Positions 1 through 8,818 of a DNA stretch of 61,379 nt are shown one piece after another (position 1 is the first letter of the stretch; every line of letters begins with the position of its first letter). Both the position numbers and the translations under genes were made by a program. Under the pieces are notes generated by a model, which was not told the origin of the DNA, ran no database searches, and worked only from the letters and a program-made list of their open reading frames with translations. Origin of the DNA: a virus (Duplodnaviria > Caudoviricetes); the IMG/VR virus record IMGVR_UViG_3300036846_000573, positions 1-61,379 of that record, one strand, 5' to 3'.

Positions 1-146
1 TTATTCATGGCACCCCTCCCAGAAAACTACGTTTTCTGGTTGCAAGCCATAGGCCAACTCAAGAACCCAGAGGCATCCTGGGTTTTTTAAAAGTCAAGAT
101 TTTTTAGTGTAAAATATTTAGGAAAGCCGTAAAATTTCTCGACGGT

Positions 147-175
147 TTGACACTGATTCCCGACCGACCCATATT
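147..175 (+). promoter_or_regulatory. Sigma70-type promoter for putative ncRNA
   Basis: TTGACA(147-152)-17 nt-CATATT(170-175); the second copy keeps TGGACA-17-CATATT (61142-61170). Confidence 0.65.
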
Positions 176-179
176 TAAA

Positions 180-330
180 CCAACCGCAAGGTTGGGATTA
201 GACGGGCCGTGCCCTAAAACCCCGTCCGACTGTGGAGTGGTTTCGTTCAAGCTCCATTACCGCTCGCGACAGTTCTCCCTTTAGGTGAAGGTTAAACTCG
301 CCGCCCTGTCCCCAGGGCGGCGATTTTTTT
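180..330 (+). ncRNA. Putative structured small RNA, unknown family (allele 1)
   Basis: Lies between promoter and terminator; stems CCAACC-GCAA-GGTTGG, GACGGG/CCCGTC, ACTGT/ACAGT, GAGTGGT/ACCGCTC; compensatory changes in allele 2. Confidence 0.6.
294..330. terminator. Intrinsic terminator, possibly bidirectional
   Basis: TCGCCGCCCTG-tccc-CAGGGCGGCGA followed by T7, with AAA upstream. Confidence 0.85.
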
Positions 331-368
331 GCGCTCGGCTAACGCGGTTCTCTCAATCCGCCCGGCTA
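331..368 (-). ncRNA. Solitary TIGR-like guide unit
   Basis: Reverse complement reads AGCCG-ggcggatt-GAGAGAACCG-cgttagcc-GAGCG; TATAAT about 5 nt upstream, hairpin directly downstream. Confidence 0.8.
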
Positions 369-573
369 GAATATTATATTTTAGTGAAGTTAATTTTAGA
401 AGAAGTAATTTTTGGTGAAGTAGGTTTTTTGTCACTTGCGTCTACGGGGTTCAGGTGGCGGCGGGCCATGCCCGGGGGGGCTTGGACAGGCCCGGCCCCG
501 GGTGCGAGAACCACGACGGCAGTGAATTTAGACGGCCCACCTTAGGTGAAGGCCAACCCAATGGAGCAACGCA

Positions 574-1425
574 ATGAGTGAAGTTGTACAGACAATCCCG
601 ATGGTCGATCAAGTCCGTAACGCGGTGACAGGCGTGCTCGCCACGTATAACGCGGCGCAGACGGCGGCCAATGAGGCTCGCGATTTCGCCCGCAACGAGA
701 ACGATGCGGCGTTCGGCTCACGCGAAGATATCCTTCGCAAGCTCGCGGAGATCTCGCGTGACCAGCAATTTGAAACCGGCGATATCGAGGCCGGTGTTGA
801 GCTTGCGTGTGACGCCTACGCGGAACGCAAAGACGTCGCGAAGAACACGCTGAAGACGTTTCGCGACGAAATGGCTCGCGCGATGCGGCCGGCGGTTCGC
901 TCGTTTGTCGCGGATTTCTTCGCTCTGGCGCGCACCATGTGGGAGGAGGAGAACGCTGCCGAAAAAGAAATCCCCAAGCCGATCCACGCGGAGTTCAAAC
1001 GCATGTATTTCGCGGTGGTGAACAAGGATGGCGGCTTGTTCGGCGAGGCTGAGAACGGGCGGGTTATCACCACCGGGAGCGAACTCACGCAACACGCTGC
1101 CTCACGCATCCTGATGCACTCGCAAAGCGCGAAGGAGGCGGCTGAACGTTTAGCGAAACTCAAAAAGATGCTGGCCGCGATGTACCAGGAGTTCGGCCAC
1201 GCAGATCTGAACACGATGCTTAAGTTTATCTCACGCAAGGGTCTCGCAGACGAACTCACAGAGGCGCGCAAGATCATGCACCACGCGCTGGCCGCTGGCG
1301 ACGCGAACCCGTTGCCGGGCGCAACCGTCACGCCATTGCCGGGCGCGACCGTGACGCCCAACGCCGCGCCTACCCACGGCAGCGTGAGCGACGCGGTGGA
1401 TGACCTGCTAGGTGAAGCAGCCTAG
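574..1425 (+). CDS. Hypothetical early protein, 283 aa
   Basis: Long ORF with GGAG RBS; PLPGATVT duplication; acidic tail DDLLGEAA. Confidence 0.85.
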   Translation: MSEVVQTIPMVDQVRNAVTGVLATYNAAQTAANEARDFARNENDAAFGSREDILRKLAEISRDQQFETGDIEAGVELACDAYAERKDVAKNTLKTFRDEMARAMRPAVRSFVADFFALARTMWEEENAAEKEIPKPIHAEFKRMYFAVVNKDGGLFGEAENGRVITTGSELTQHAASRILMHSQSAKEAAERLAKLKKMLAAMYQEFGHADLNTMLKFISRKGLADELTEARKIMHHALAAGDANPLPGATVTPLPGATVTPNAAPTHGSVSDAVDDLLGEAA

Positions 1426-1428
1426 CAG

Positions 1429-1458
1429 CCTACACCTACACCTACACCTACACCTACA
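1429..1458. repeat. (CCTACA)5 tandem repeat
   Basis: Direct reading. Confidence 0.95.
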
Positions 1459-1462
1459 CTCG

Positions 1463-1492
1463 CCCCCACGCGCTTAGCGCGTGGGGGTTTTT
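1463..1492 (+). terminator. Intrinsic terminator
   Basis: CCCCCACGCGC-tta-GCGCGTGGGGG-TTTTT. Confidence 0.85.
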
Positions 1493-1526
1493 CATGCCTA
1501 CGTGATAGGTTATTTAATAACCCATT

Positions 1527-1557
1527 AAAAAACCTCACTACGGTAGTGGGGTTTTTT
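1527..1557. terminator. Bidirectional terminator-like hairpin built around a CACTAC-G-GTAGTG palindrome
   Basis: AAAAAACCTCACTAC-g-GTAGTGGGGTTTTTT. Confidence 0.5.
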
Positions 1558-1581
1558 AATGTGTTGTAGTATCAAAAAACG

Positions 1582-1945
1582 GCAGAAACGCTGCATAGGC
1601 GCAGATTTGGCTTGCATAGGCGCTCCATAGGCGCACTCGACAAATTATTAATTTTTGCAGATTTTCAGCCAGTTTTCCTTTGTTTTCAATAATTTAATTA
1701 AATTTATAATATATATATATATATATAGACGACATAGGCGACATAAACGACGTGTTACAAACGATAAGCTTACGTGCGCGCGGGATTTTGTACCTATAAT
1801 ATATTATTTTACCACTTAGATAGCCCTATAGAAAAAAACGTGCGCCTTGTTGGTCGCGACCTACGCCTATGGCGCCTATGTAGCGTTTCTGCGGCGTTTA
1901 TGGAGCGCCTATGGAGCACCTATGAGTGCGTTTATGAGCCTATAA
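1582..1945. other. Putative replication origin: inverted iterons around an AT-rich core
   Basis: CATAGGCG x4 on the left, CGCCTATG x3 plus variants on the right, 21-bp inverted repeat 1582-1602/1872-1892, (AT)n at ~1709-1727. Confidence 0.55.
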
Positions 1946-2099
1946 TGTCGCAACGTTAGTTTTACGGGTTTTTAGAGCTTTGTATGTAGATGATAGTTTC
2001 ACTATTTCGTGGTCCACTCGCGTCTCCTATGCGAGCCCTCGCGAGCCCGGTTTGTACGGCATTTTATGATTTTCTATCCACTACTGTAGTGAGAATAGC

Positions 2100-2255
2100 A
2101 TGAACCAGAAAAAACGGGATAAAGCTAAAATCCCAGGTCGTGAAAAATACCGCCCCCGCAAGGGATTTCGGTCATACATACCCGCTGCCGCGCCAGGAGC
2201 GGGCATCCTGAACTATGACGCGCTGGGCTGGCGCAAGCGCTTATGGAAGGTGTAG
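2100..2255 (+). CDS. Small hypothetical protein, 51 aa
   Basis: ATG..TAG read by eye; packs against the next ORF. Confidence 0.4.
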   Translation: MNQKKRDKAKIPGREKYRPRKGFRSYIPAAAPGAGILNYDALGWRKRLWKV

Positions 2256-2257
2256 TA

Positions 2258-2356
2258 ATGCGTGAACTGGACGATATGATGTTCACCGCAGCCTATTGGC
2301 TTGTCGGGATCATCATGGGCATCGTGCCCGTGTTGCTGATCTTATGGAGCAAGTGA
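2258..2356 (+). CDS. Small membrane peptide, 32 aa
   Basis: MRELDDMMFTAAYWLVGIIMGIVPVLLILWSK, one hydrophobic segment. Confidence 0.5.
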   Translation: MRELDDMMFTAAYWLVGIIMGIVPVLLILWSK

Positions 2357-2357
2357 A

Positions 2358-2567
2358 ATGAAGAGAACCTATTACATCAAGCGCAAGGGCGCGCTGGTAT
2401 TCTGGCGCGTCGGGCGTATCGGCGGCTCGTTTTATCTAGCAAAATCAAAGCATAAGGAGTTTAACCGAGCTTGCGAGGCAATGCAGGTAGTGAGCCATGG
2501 TAGTGAATTTAGAGGGTCTTACTACACTAGTAGTGAAGCGACTAATCAACCCTCACTACTGTCGTGA
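2358..2567 (+). CDS. Hypothetical protein
   Basis: ORF with GGAG RBS in a tightly packed operon. Confidence 0.6.
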   Translation: MKRTYYIKRKGALVFWRVGRIGGSFYLAKSKHKEFNRACEAMQVVSHGSEFRGSYYTSSEATNQPSLLS

Positions 2568-2776
2568 ACAACCATCAGTCGAGAGCAACAGCGATGAGCG
2601 ACAACTTGCATCCCCATTTCATGGCCGCCTTCGAGCATTGGACGGCCGTCGGGTACACGTACAACAGCGCGTGGAACTTGGCGCGCGCCATGTGGGCGAA
2701 GACGCGAGAGGAGCGCGCCGTGGCACTGAAATACGTGCTGGCAAACACCAATCAGCGTGAGGAGGATCTGGTATGA
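2564..2776 (+). CDS. Hypothetical protein
   Basis: Coupled ORF. Confidence 0.6.
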   Translation: MNNHQSRATAMSDNLHPHFMAAFEHWTAVGYTYNSAWNLARAMWAKTREERAVALKYVLANTNQREEDLV

Positions 2777-3144
2777 CAGTGCGACAGGTTGGATTTGGCG
2801 CTGCCGTGTGCGCATTAGGCGTAATATGCGTGTCGCATATGCCCTATGCTTATACCGCGACCGCACGAGCTTGCGAGGCACGCATGAGCTACGAGCAGTC
2901 GAGCGCGATCAAGCGCGAGCTAGTCGCGAAGCAGGGCGGCCAGATGCGGGACTACGAGCTAGATCATTGCATTCCGCTCTGTCTTGACGGTAGCAACGAC
3001 CGCTCGAACCTTCAGCTACAACCCTGGTCCCAAGCCAGGATCAAGGACGACGACGAGCTTAGATTATGCAAAGCCGTGTCGTCGGGAAGCATGTCGCGGA
3101 GTTCTGCGATATTAGAGTTACAAACCAGATGGGGCTGCAAATGA
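2773..3144 (+). CDS. HNH-endonuclease-like protein with hydrophobic N-terminus
   Basis: ELDHCIPLCLDGSNDRSNLQLQPW HNH-type motif; GGAGG RBS. Confidence 0.65.
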   Translation: MTVRQVGFGAAVCALGVICVSHMPYAYTATARACEARMSYEQSSAIKRELVAKQGGQMRDYELDHCIPLCLDGSNDRSNLQLQPWSQARIKDDDELRLCKAVSSGSMSRSSAILELQTRWGCK

Positions 3145-3404
3145 GACAGACAAAGCGACCGCACGAGCTTGCGAGGCAAGAGAAGGTCGAGGACAAGCTG
3201 ATTGATCGGGTTTACCGCGAGCGATGCAGTGGGATGCAGATCTCGGTCATGCGCATCCCCGAGCTATTCAGGCTAGCGCGGCTGATGCTGCGCGAAGACC
3301 CGAGCTTGCGAGGCTCGTGCACGACCGTGGGGGGCACTCACTATACCACCGAACAGATGCTTGGTGACTTCATGGTGAAATTTGTCGAGAGGGAGAAGCT
3401 GTAA
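3141..3404 (+). CDS. Hypothetical protein
   Basis: ATGA overlap with the previous stop. Confidence 0.6.
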   Translation: MRQTKRPHELARQEKVEDKLIDRVYRERCSGMQISVMRIPELFRLARLMLREDPSLRGSCTTVGGTHYTTEQMLGDFMVKFVEREKL

Positions 3405-3484
3405 TGGACAATAACGATAAGTGGTTTTTGAGCGGCGTATTGTTCGCTCTCTTTATCATTTGTGCGTTTTTAGCAGGCTGGTGA
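3404..3484 (+). CDS. Small membrane peptide, 26 aa
   Basis: MDNNDKWFLSGVLFALFIICAFLAGW; TAATG coupling. Confidence 0.45.
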   Translation: MDNNDKWFLSGVLFALFIICAFLAGW

Positions 3485-3495
3485 GGAGCAAGACG

Positions 3496-3774
3496 ATGGC
3501 TGATGTAAATTACGATCTGTACCACAAGGTGTTAAAATTGGTCGAGAGCATCGCAGACACGATCGTGCGCGGCGACAAGGTGTACCAGTGCCCGGTATGC
3601 TACCACAGGAACACCCAGCGCGACTGCAACGAGCAAGGCGTGATCGAGGGTACTACGCTCACATGCACCGAGTGCGGCGAGGAGGTCGAGTGCGAGACGT
3701 TTATCGCCGAAGAGGACGAGGACGCTGGCGACGCATTGCAGTTCTTCGTGCACGAAGCCCGGCAAATCCTCTAA
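3496..3774 (+). CDS. Zinc-ribbon protein
   Basis: CPVC...CTEC; GGAG RBS before ATG 3496. Confidence 0.65.
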   Translation: MADVNYDLYHKVLKLVESIADTIVRGDKVYQCPVCYHRNTQRDCNEQGVIEGTTLTCTECGEEVECETFIAEEDEDAGDALQFFVHEARQIL

Positions 3775-3800
3775 TTCACTACAGGTAGTGGAGAGGTACT

Positions 3801-4058
3801 ATGGAGATCAAAACTAAGCACAAGCACGCCCGCCTTGCGATTGGCATCGACGAAAGCATGGAGGATGAGAAGTTCTCTCCGATGCTACTCGTCGTGCCGG
3901 ACGTGCGCGAGGCCGATCACGAGCACATCGAGCTAACGTGGGAGGGGGCGCGCGCCTTGCATCAATATCTCGGGCGGGTGATCGACATGGAGGCAAAAAT
4001 CTCCGGGTTCACCTGGGAGGATGCTCTGAATTTTAATAAGGAGGAGGATAGACAATGA
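3801..4058 (+). CDS. Hypothetical protein
   Basis: ORF with RBS. Confidence 0.7.
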   Translation: MEIKTKHKHARLAIGIDESMEDEKFSPMLLVVPDVREADHEHIELTWEGARALHQYLGRVIDMEAKISGFTWEDALNFNKEEDRQ

Positions 4059-4708
4059 GCCACGCAACCTATTGCTTTCTAATAAATATCTCAGATCCCG
4101 AAGCCACAGACCAGGAGATCGCCAGTGACGTAGTGGACACCATCGCGATGTGGGCCGAGCGCCATTGCGACGAAAATAACTGGTATCAGGAGGAAGCAGT
4201 CGTACTTGCCAACCCGGACCCTGCCCGGGCCGGCCGCGTCGTCGGGTTCGCGCCAGTGCCGGGTTATCGCAACGAGATGGGGGCACGTATTAGCCTTATA
4301 CCGCAGCAGGACCGCTGGGAGTGGGCACGCCTATTGTCGCTCCAATGCGTCGCAAGCAATTTCGAGCTAGGCGGCCGGTCATCTTATAGCTTTCTCGATG
4401 ACAAACCCGAAGAGTCGTTCTGGAACAATTTCGACGATCTTAAAAAACAGATCCTCGACGAGATGCCACCCCGGCTCGCGGCATTATGGGCTAGAGGCGC
4501 GCTGGAGAACGACGACAACAACCGGCAAAACTTCCTGGACGCGCACCACCGCAACAAGTGGTCGCGCGAAATGGGGTTGTTCCTCGGTAGTATAAGATGG
4601 GGCACCGTGCCGTTTGCCACCGATGGCACGCCATACGACTATCGCGCCTTCGATCTCACGAATGGTCATGAGGGTACGGCAATCGTGTTTGTCGATATCC
4701 ACACTTAA
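4055..4708 (+). CDS. Hypothetical protein, 217 aa
   Basis: GGAGG RBS; ends VFVDIHT. Confidence 0.8.
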   Translation: MSHATYCFLINISDPEATDQEIASDVVDTIAMWAERHCDENNWYQEEAVVLANPDPARAGRVVGFAPVPGYRNEMGARISLIPQQDRWEWARLLSLQCVASNFELGGRSSYSFLDDKPEESFWNNFDDLKKQILDEMPPRLAALWARGALENDDNNRQNFLDAHHRNKWSREMGLFLGSIRWGTVPFATDGTPYDYRAFDLTNGHEGTAIVFVDIHT

Positions 4709-4726
4709 ACGAAAGGAGCATGAGAA

Positions 4727-4921
4727 ATGGAAGATTCGAGTTTACGAGGCGTCACCTGCGCAAAATGCGTCGCGCCAATCGACGTTCGCACGATGGAGGA
4801 CTGCATCGAGTGTCCGGAGTGCAGCATGACGTTCTGCGATAATTGTTATAACACCGAACTCGGCGACGGGTGCCACTGCCATGCTAATTCTAACTCACTA
4901 CCGGTAGTGGGAGTAATTTAG
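4727..4921 (+). CDS. Cys-rich zinc-finger-like protein
   Basis: CAKC, CPEC, CDNC, CHC. Confidence 0.6.
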   Translation: MEDSSLRGVTCAKCVAPIDVRTMEDCIECPECSMTFCDNCYNTELGDGCHCHANSNSLPVVGVI

Positions 4922-5125
4922 ATGACTGCTAGATATAAGGACCTTGATCTGTACCGCACAAGCGTGCACCAGCGAGCCAAGATTGCTGAGGAAGCTACTG
5001 ACGCAGTGAGGTATGTGTTTAAGTTCGCTGGGGTTACACTCGAAACCTCAGAACTGTCCCGTGTTACCAACCTGTTGATGAAACTTCTAACCGAGAGAAT
5101 GGAGCACACAGATGAACCTAAATGA
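4922..5125 (+). CDS. Hypothetical protein
   Basis: ORF with RBS. Confidence 0.6.
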   Translation: MTARYKDLDLYRTSVHQRAKIAEEATDAVRYVFKFAGVTLETSELSRVTNLLMKLLTERMEHTDEPK

Positions 5126-6287
5126 CGCGATGCATGTAATGCTAGACACGCATCTAGCAGCCATACAGGACGGCGAGAGGGCCGTCGGCATTGTCATGGA
5201 GAGCCCGCCGGGTATCGGCAAGACGGCGAACGTGTTTGTTTATTGCCACAACCTCGCCGTCGCGCTCAACGAGCCGGTCGCGCTGGTGCAGCAGATGTTC
5301 GCCACGTTCACCGGGCCTGACGTCAGGGGGTTCATGATCCCGGTCAAGTCGCAGGTGCCGGGCGAGCTACCGCAGACTGTTTTCAGTCTACCGCCCTGGT
5401 ATCCGACACATCAGAATATATGGGTGGTCGAGCCTTCCGGCGTGTGGTGGAAGCCCGGCACCTGGAAAGGCGAGATGCCCGATGTGGGCGTGCTGTTCCT
5501 CGACGAGTGGGGGCAGGCGGACGACGAAGTTAAGAAGCCGAGTGCCGAACTAATATATAACGCCACGGTGGGCACCGTCGAGCTACCGCCGCGCTGGCGG
5601 GTCTGCGCCGCGACAAACAGGACGGTGGATCGCTCGGGCGTCATGCGGGAGATGATGTTTATCGTCAATCGCAGGTTATTGGTTAAAATCTCGGGCGAGG
5701 TCAAGCCGTGGATCGAGTGGAACGACAATCTGCCGGAGGCGCGGCGGTGTCACGAGATGATCGTCACTTTCGTGCAGCAACATCCGTCTGTCGTGTTTCG
5801 CGACACGGTGCCGGACGGGACCGATCCATATTGCACGCCGCGCTCGCTGGTTATGACGGACCGCGTGCTTAAATCTATGCGCAGCGACGACGATAAAAAG
5901 GCCGGCCGGTTGCCGACCACCGACCTTGCACGCGAGGCGGCGGCGGGACTGATAGGCGAGGGCGCGGCGGCGCAGTTCTTTGTGCATATGCGGTTCTTTA
6001 ACGAGATCCCGATGCTAGCGGATATCGAGACCGATCCGCGTAACGCCATCTTACCTAAGGGCAAGGACGGGCAGATGGTGTGCTGCTATATGCTGGCCCG
6101 GCAGATCACCGAGAAGAACTGTTCGGCTTTGGTGACTTATATCTCGCGCATGAACGACGAGATGCAGATCATGGCGTGTGGGGTTTTTAATTCAACCGCG
6201 CCCGCACAAAAAATCCTGCTCGCGACCAAGGAGTATCAAGCGCTGCTGTTCAAACATAAGAACGTGCTGCGCGCTAGCGAGAGCTAA
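5112..6287 (+). CDS. MoxR-like AAA+ ATPase
   Basis: Walker A SPPGIGKT, Walker B LFLDEW, AATNR sensor, TPRS. Confidence 0.85.
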   Translation: MNLNDAMHVMLDTHLAAIQDGERAVGIVMESPPGIGKTANVFVYCHNLAVALNEPVALVQQMFATFTGPDVRGFMIPVKSQVPGELPQTVFSLPPWYPTHQNIWVVEPSGVWWKPGTWKGEMPDVGVLFLDEWGQADDEVKKPSAELIYNATVGTVELPPRWRVCAATNRTVDRSGVMREMMFIVNRRLLVKISGEVKPWIEWNDNLPEARRCHEMIVTFVQQHPSVVFRDTVPDGTDPYCTPRSLVMTDRVLKSMRSDDDKKAGRLPTTDLAREAAAGLIGEGAAAQFFVHMRFFNEIPMLADIETDPRNAILPKGKDGQMVCCYMLARQITEKNCSALVTYISRMNDEMQIMACGVFNSTAPAQKILLATKEYQALLFKHKNVLRASES

Positions 6288-6316
6288 GCATGCTTAGCTA
6301 TCGCTAAGCAATAAAG

Positions 6317-6346
6317 TTAGGGCGGGTGTTTACGATCCGCCCTAAC
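6317..6346. terminator. Intergenic hairpin
   Basis: GTTAGGGCGG...CCGCCCTAAC; no U-tract. Confidence 0.4.
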
Positions 6347-6384
6347 GATACTACACTACAGTAGTGGAGCTAGAGAGGTGACCA

Positions 6385-7149
6385 ATGCCCAAACGCGCGG
6401 CGGCGTTGAAATACAACCCGCATCGAACCAAACAAGGATTACCTACATTCGAGCTTAAATCAGTCTACCAGCGTGGGAGCGGCGCGGTTCAGCGCACGAT
6501 GAATGTGCGATGCGCCGAGTGCTTAGAGACAACATATCTGCCTTGGACCAGCGTGCTCAACACGCCGGAGATTGTCACTAAAAAGTTTCAAAGTTTAGGG
6601 TGGGAGTTCGATGCGTATAAATCACGCTCGTGCATCTGCCCGAAATGTCTGTCGGACAGCAAGCCGAAGCCTGAACCCTCGCAGGCTCGTGCTGATGCGA
6701 AGCTTGAACCCAAGCGCCTCGTCATACAGGCGCAGACGTTCATGAATAGTATAACACCACCACCACCACCACCACCACCACCACCGATGGAGCAACCGAT
6801 GGCGACAAACCAAACACCACCACCAACCGCACCGGCCCTAAAGCTCCCAAGAGCGATCACGGCCGACGAGCGGGCAAAGGTACGCGCGCTGCTGGATATT
6901 AATTTCGACGACACCAAGGGCATGTATATCGACGGATATTCCGACATGCGGATCGGTGCGGAGGTCAACGTGCCGTGGGCAACGGTCGCGATTATCCGCG
7001 AGGCGGCGTACGGACCCATACGGGAAGACCAGCGGGTTACCGAGATCCGCGCCGAGATTGCCAGACTACGTTCTGATATGTTATTGTTTAATAACAGGAT
7101 CGAGCAGGTCGAGGCTAAGATCAACAATCTTCTAAAGGACCCTAAATAG
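6385..7149 (+). CDS. Hypothetical protein with Zn-binding motif and poly-Pro linker
   Basis: CAEC...CPKC; (CCA)n run at ~6756-6786. Confidence 0.75.
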   Translation: MPKRAAALKYNPHRTKQGLPTFELKSVYQRGSGAVQRTMNVRCAECLETTYLPWTSVLNTPEIVTKKFQSLGWEFDAYKSRSCICPKCLSDSKPKPEPSQARADAKLEPKRLVIQAQTFMNSITPPPPPPPPPPMEQPMATNQTPPPTAPALKLPRAITADERAKVRALLDINFDDTKGMYIDGYSDMRIGAEVNVPWATVAIIREAAYGPIREDQRVTEIRAEIARLRSDMLLFNNRIEQVEAKINNLLKDPK

Positions 7150-7332
7150 ATGGCAACCGCACGAGCTTGCGAGGAATTACAACTTATCGCAGAATGCGAG
7201 AAGCTGATCTTCGCCATCCGGCAGATTGTCGCTAGCTGGGAAAGCGGCAACCTTGCTGCCTCTGTGAACGAGGCCCGAATATGTGCCGACGAGGTCGAGG
7301 ATTTTATCGTCAACCACTGTGACGACAACTAA
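7150..7332 (+). CDS. Hypothetical protein
   Basis: Abutting ORF. Confidence 0.55.
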   Translation: MATARACEELQLIAECEKLIFAIRQIVASWESGNLAASVNEARICADEVEDFIVNHCDDN

Positions 7333-7350
7333 CAACTAGGAGCAACCACC

Positions 7351-8280
7351 ATGCAAGCCAACCAAGTACAATCTAATATCTTAGATAACACCACGATGAT
7401 CGACGCGATTCGCGAGACAGCCGTGCTCGCGAATGTGAGTATCTCGATGTGGGGCGGCACGAGTACCGATAATAACCTGTTGTCGGAAGTTAAAAAACAA
7501 CACAACGCGACAGGGGATGTCGGGAGGGTTATTAAAAATAAACTCGCCGGGGCGGACGAGAAGCTTAAAATCACTCGCAGCGCGCACGCGGCGGTGCGTA
7601 CCAAGTTCTACGAACTCACGCTATCATGGGTAAGCGACCCGCACGCGTTGCGCCAGACCGGCCCGCGCCTGCTGCCGCACGCGTTATTTAACACGTTCAT
7701 GACCGAGATGGGGAGACTAAAGCGCGAGGCCGAGGCCGCGCTGGAGGACTTCCTGGCGGACTATCCGTCGCTGGTAACCAAGGCCAAGGCCAATCTCGGG
7801 ACGATGGCGGACACGAATTACCCGGACGTGGACGAGTTGCGCGGGTTGTTCCGTATCAGTTTCGACTGGGAGCCGATACCCGACGGCTCGCAGTTCAGGG
7901 GTCTGGAGAGCAACGTGCTCGGTAAATTGTCAAACCACTTGCATAAGAAGCAACAGCGGCAGATTGCCGGCGCGCAGGCGGAGATGTGGGCCGAGGCGCG
8001 GCAGCGCGTCGAGCACATGGTCGAGAGGCTGGCAACCACGACGGGTAGTGACGCGCCAAAGTTCAAGTCGGCGACGATCGACGCGGTGCGTTCGCTGATA
8101 ACCCTGATGCCCGGGTGGAATATCACCGGCGACCCAAAGGTGGCGGAGATCACCCAGGATCTGGAGAGACTTTTACTTGGCGTCGACGCGCAGGAATTAC
8201 GTAAGGACGAGCGGATGCGCAACGACGTGGCGCAGCAGGCCCGCAGCGTCGCGGACAAGATGAAAAGCTGGGGCGTGTGA
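7351..8280 (+). CDS. Helical phage protein in the MoxR/VWA neighbourhood (DUF3150-like, tentative)
   Basis: 309 aa ORF with strong RBS; context. Confidence 0.55.
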   Translation: MQANQVQSNILDNTTMIDAIRETAVLANVSISMWGGTSTDNNLLSEVKKQHNATGDVGRVIKNKLAGADEKLKITRSAHAAVRTKFYELTLSWVSDPHALRQTGPRLLPHALFNTFMTEMGRLKREAEAALEDFLADYPSLVTKAKANLGTMADTNYPDVDELRGLFRISFDWEPIPDGSQFRGLESNVLGKLSNHLHKKQQRQIAGAQAEMWAEARQRVEHMVERLATTTGSDAPKFKSATIDAVRSLITLMPGWNITGDPKVAEITQDLERLLLGVDAQELRKDERMRNDVAQQARSVADKMKSWGV

Positions 8281-8281
8281 G

Positions 8282-8818
8282 GTGGCAGAGAAAATTCAAA
8301 AGAAAGTATTGCATAGCTGGGATGGTATGTGGTGCCGTCATTGCGGCTGGAGGTACGACCGCGTCCCGTCAGTATGGTGTCATATTGTCACCCACGACAT
8401 GCCGCGCTTCCATGTATTTTTAACCATGGCGGCGCGGCACAGCGTGAATTATCGCTATGTCAACGTCGTTGAACTAAAGCCACGGAGCAAGCATCTTCCC
8501 GTTAGCATTAGGTCAAGAGAGGTGAAGCAGGTATTATGGCGCTCGATCACGCCGTTGCGTATCACTGCGAGCACGGTCGAGTATGGGTATCTAGACCTAA
8601 GCTCAGCCGGTCCCGCTATCGAGATGTTCGCGCACGCTAAGAACGTGATCGAGAAACTCGACAGGATGAACCTGTCACTACAGGTAGCGGATTTAGAGGA
8701 CGAGCTAGGGTTAGAAGGTAAAGGCGACCGCACGAGCTTGCGAGGTGTCGCCGAGTTATTCAACCATCTATGGAGCGAGGAACTAAATGTCCAGTCATCG
8801 GATGTCTCTGCCGCGTAA
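8282..8818 (+). CDS. Hypothetical protein
   Basis: ORF in operon. Confidence 0.6.
   Translation: MAEKIQKKVLHSWDGMWCRHCGWRYDRVPSVWCHIVTHDMPRFHVFLTMAARHSVNYRYVNVVELKPRSKHLPVSIRSREVKQVLWRSITPLRITASTVEYGYLDLSSAGPAIEMFAHAKNVIEKLDRMNLSLQVADLEDELGLEGKGDRTSLRGVAELFNHLWSEELNVQSSDVSAA

Larger units (their letters stand above)
1..370. repeat. Left copy of imperfect terminal direct repeat / circular overlap
   Basis: 1-127 identical to 60893-61019; 294-370 identical to 61303-61379; interior homologous but divergent. Confidence 0.95.

Noticed and set aside
285-545. 86-aa ORF
   Set aside because: Crosses a terminator, the guide unit and a promoter-like region
6335-6347. Partial match of the 331-368 guide halves (CGTTAG+GGCGGAT) to the hairpin
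   Set aside because: Same-strand geometry and needs a 2-nt deletion; plausibly chance
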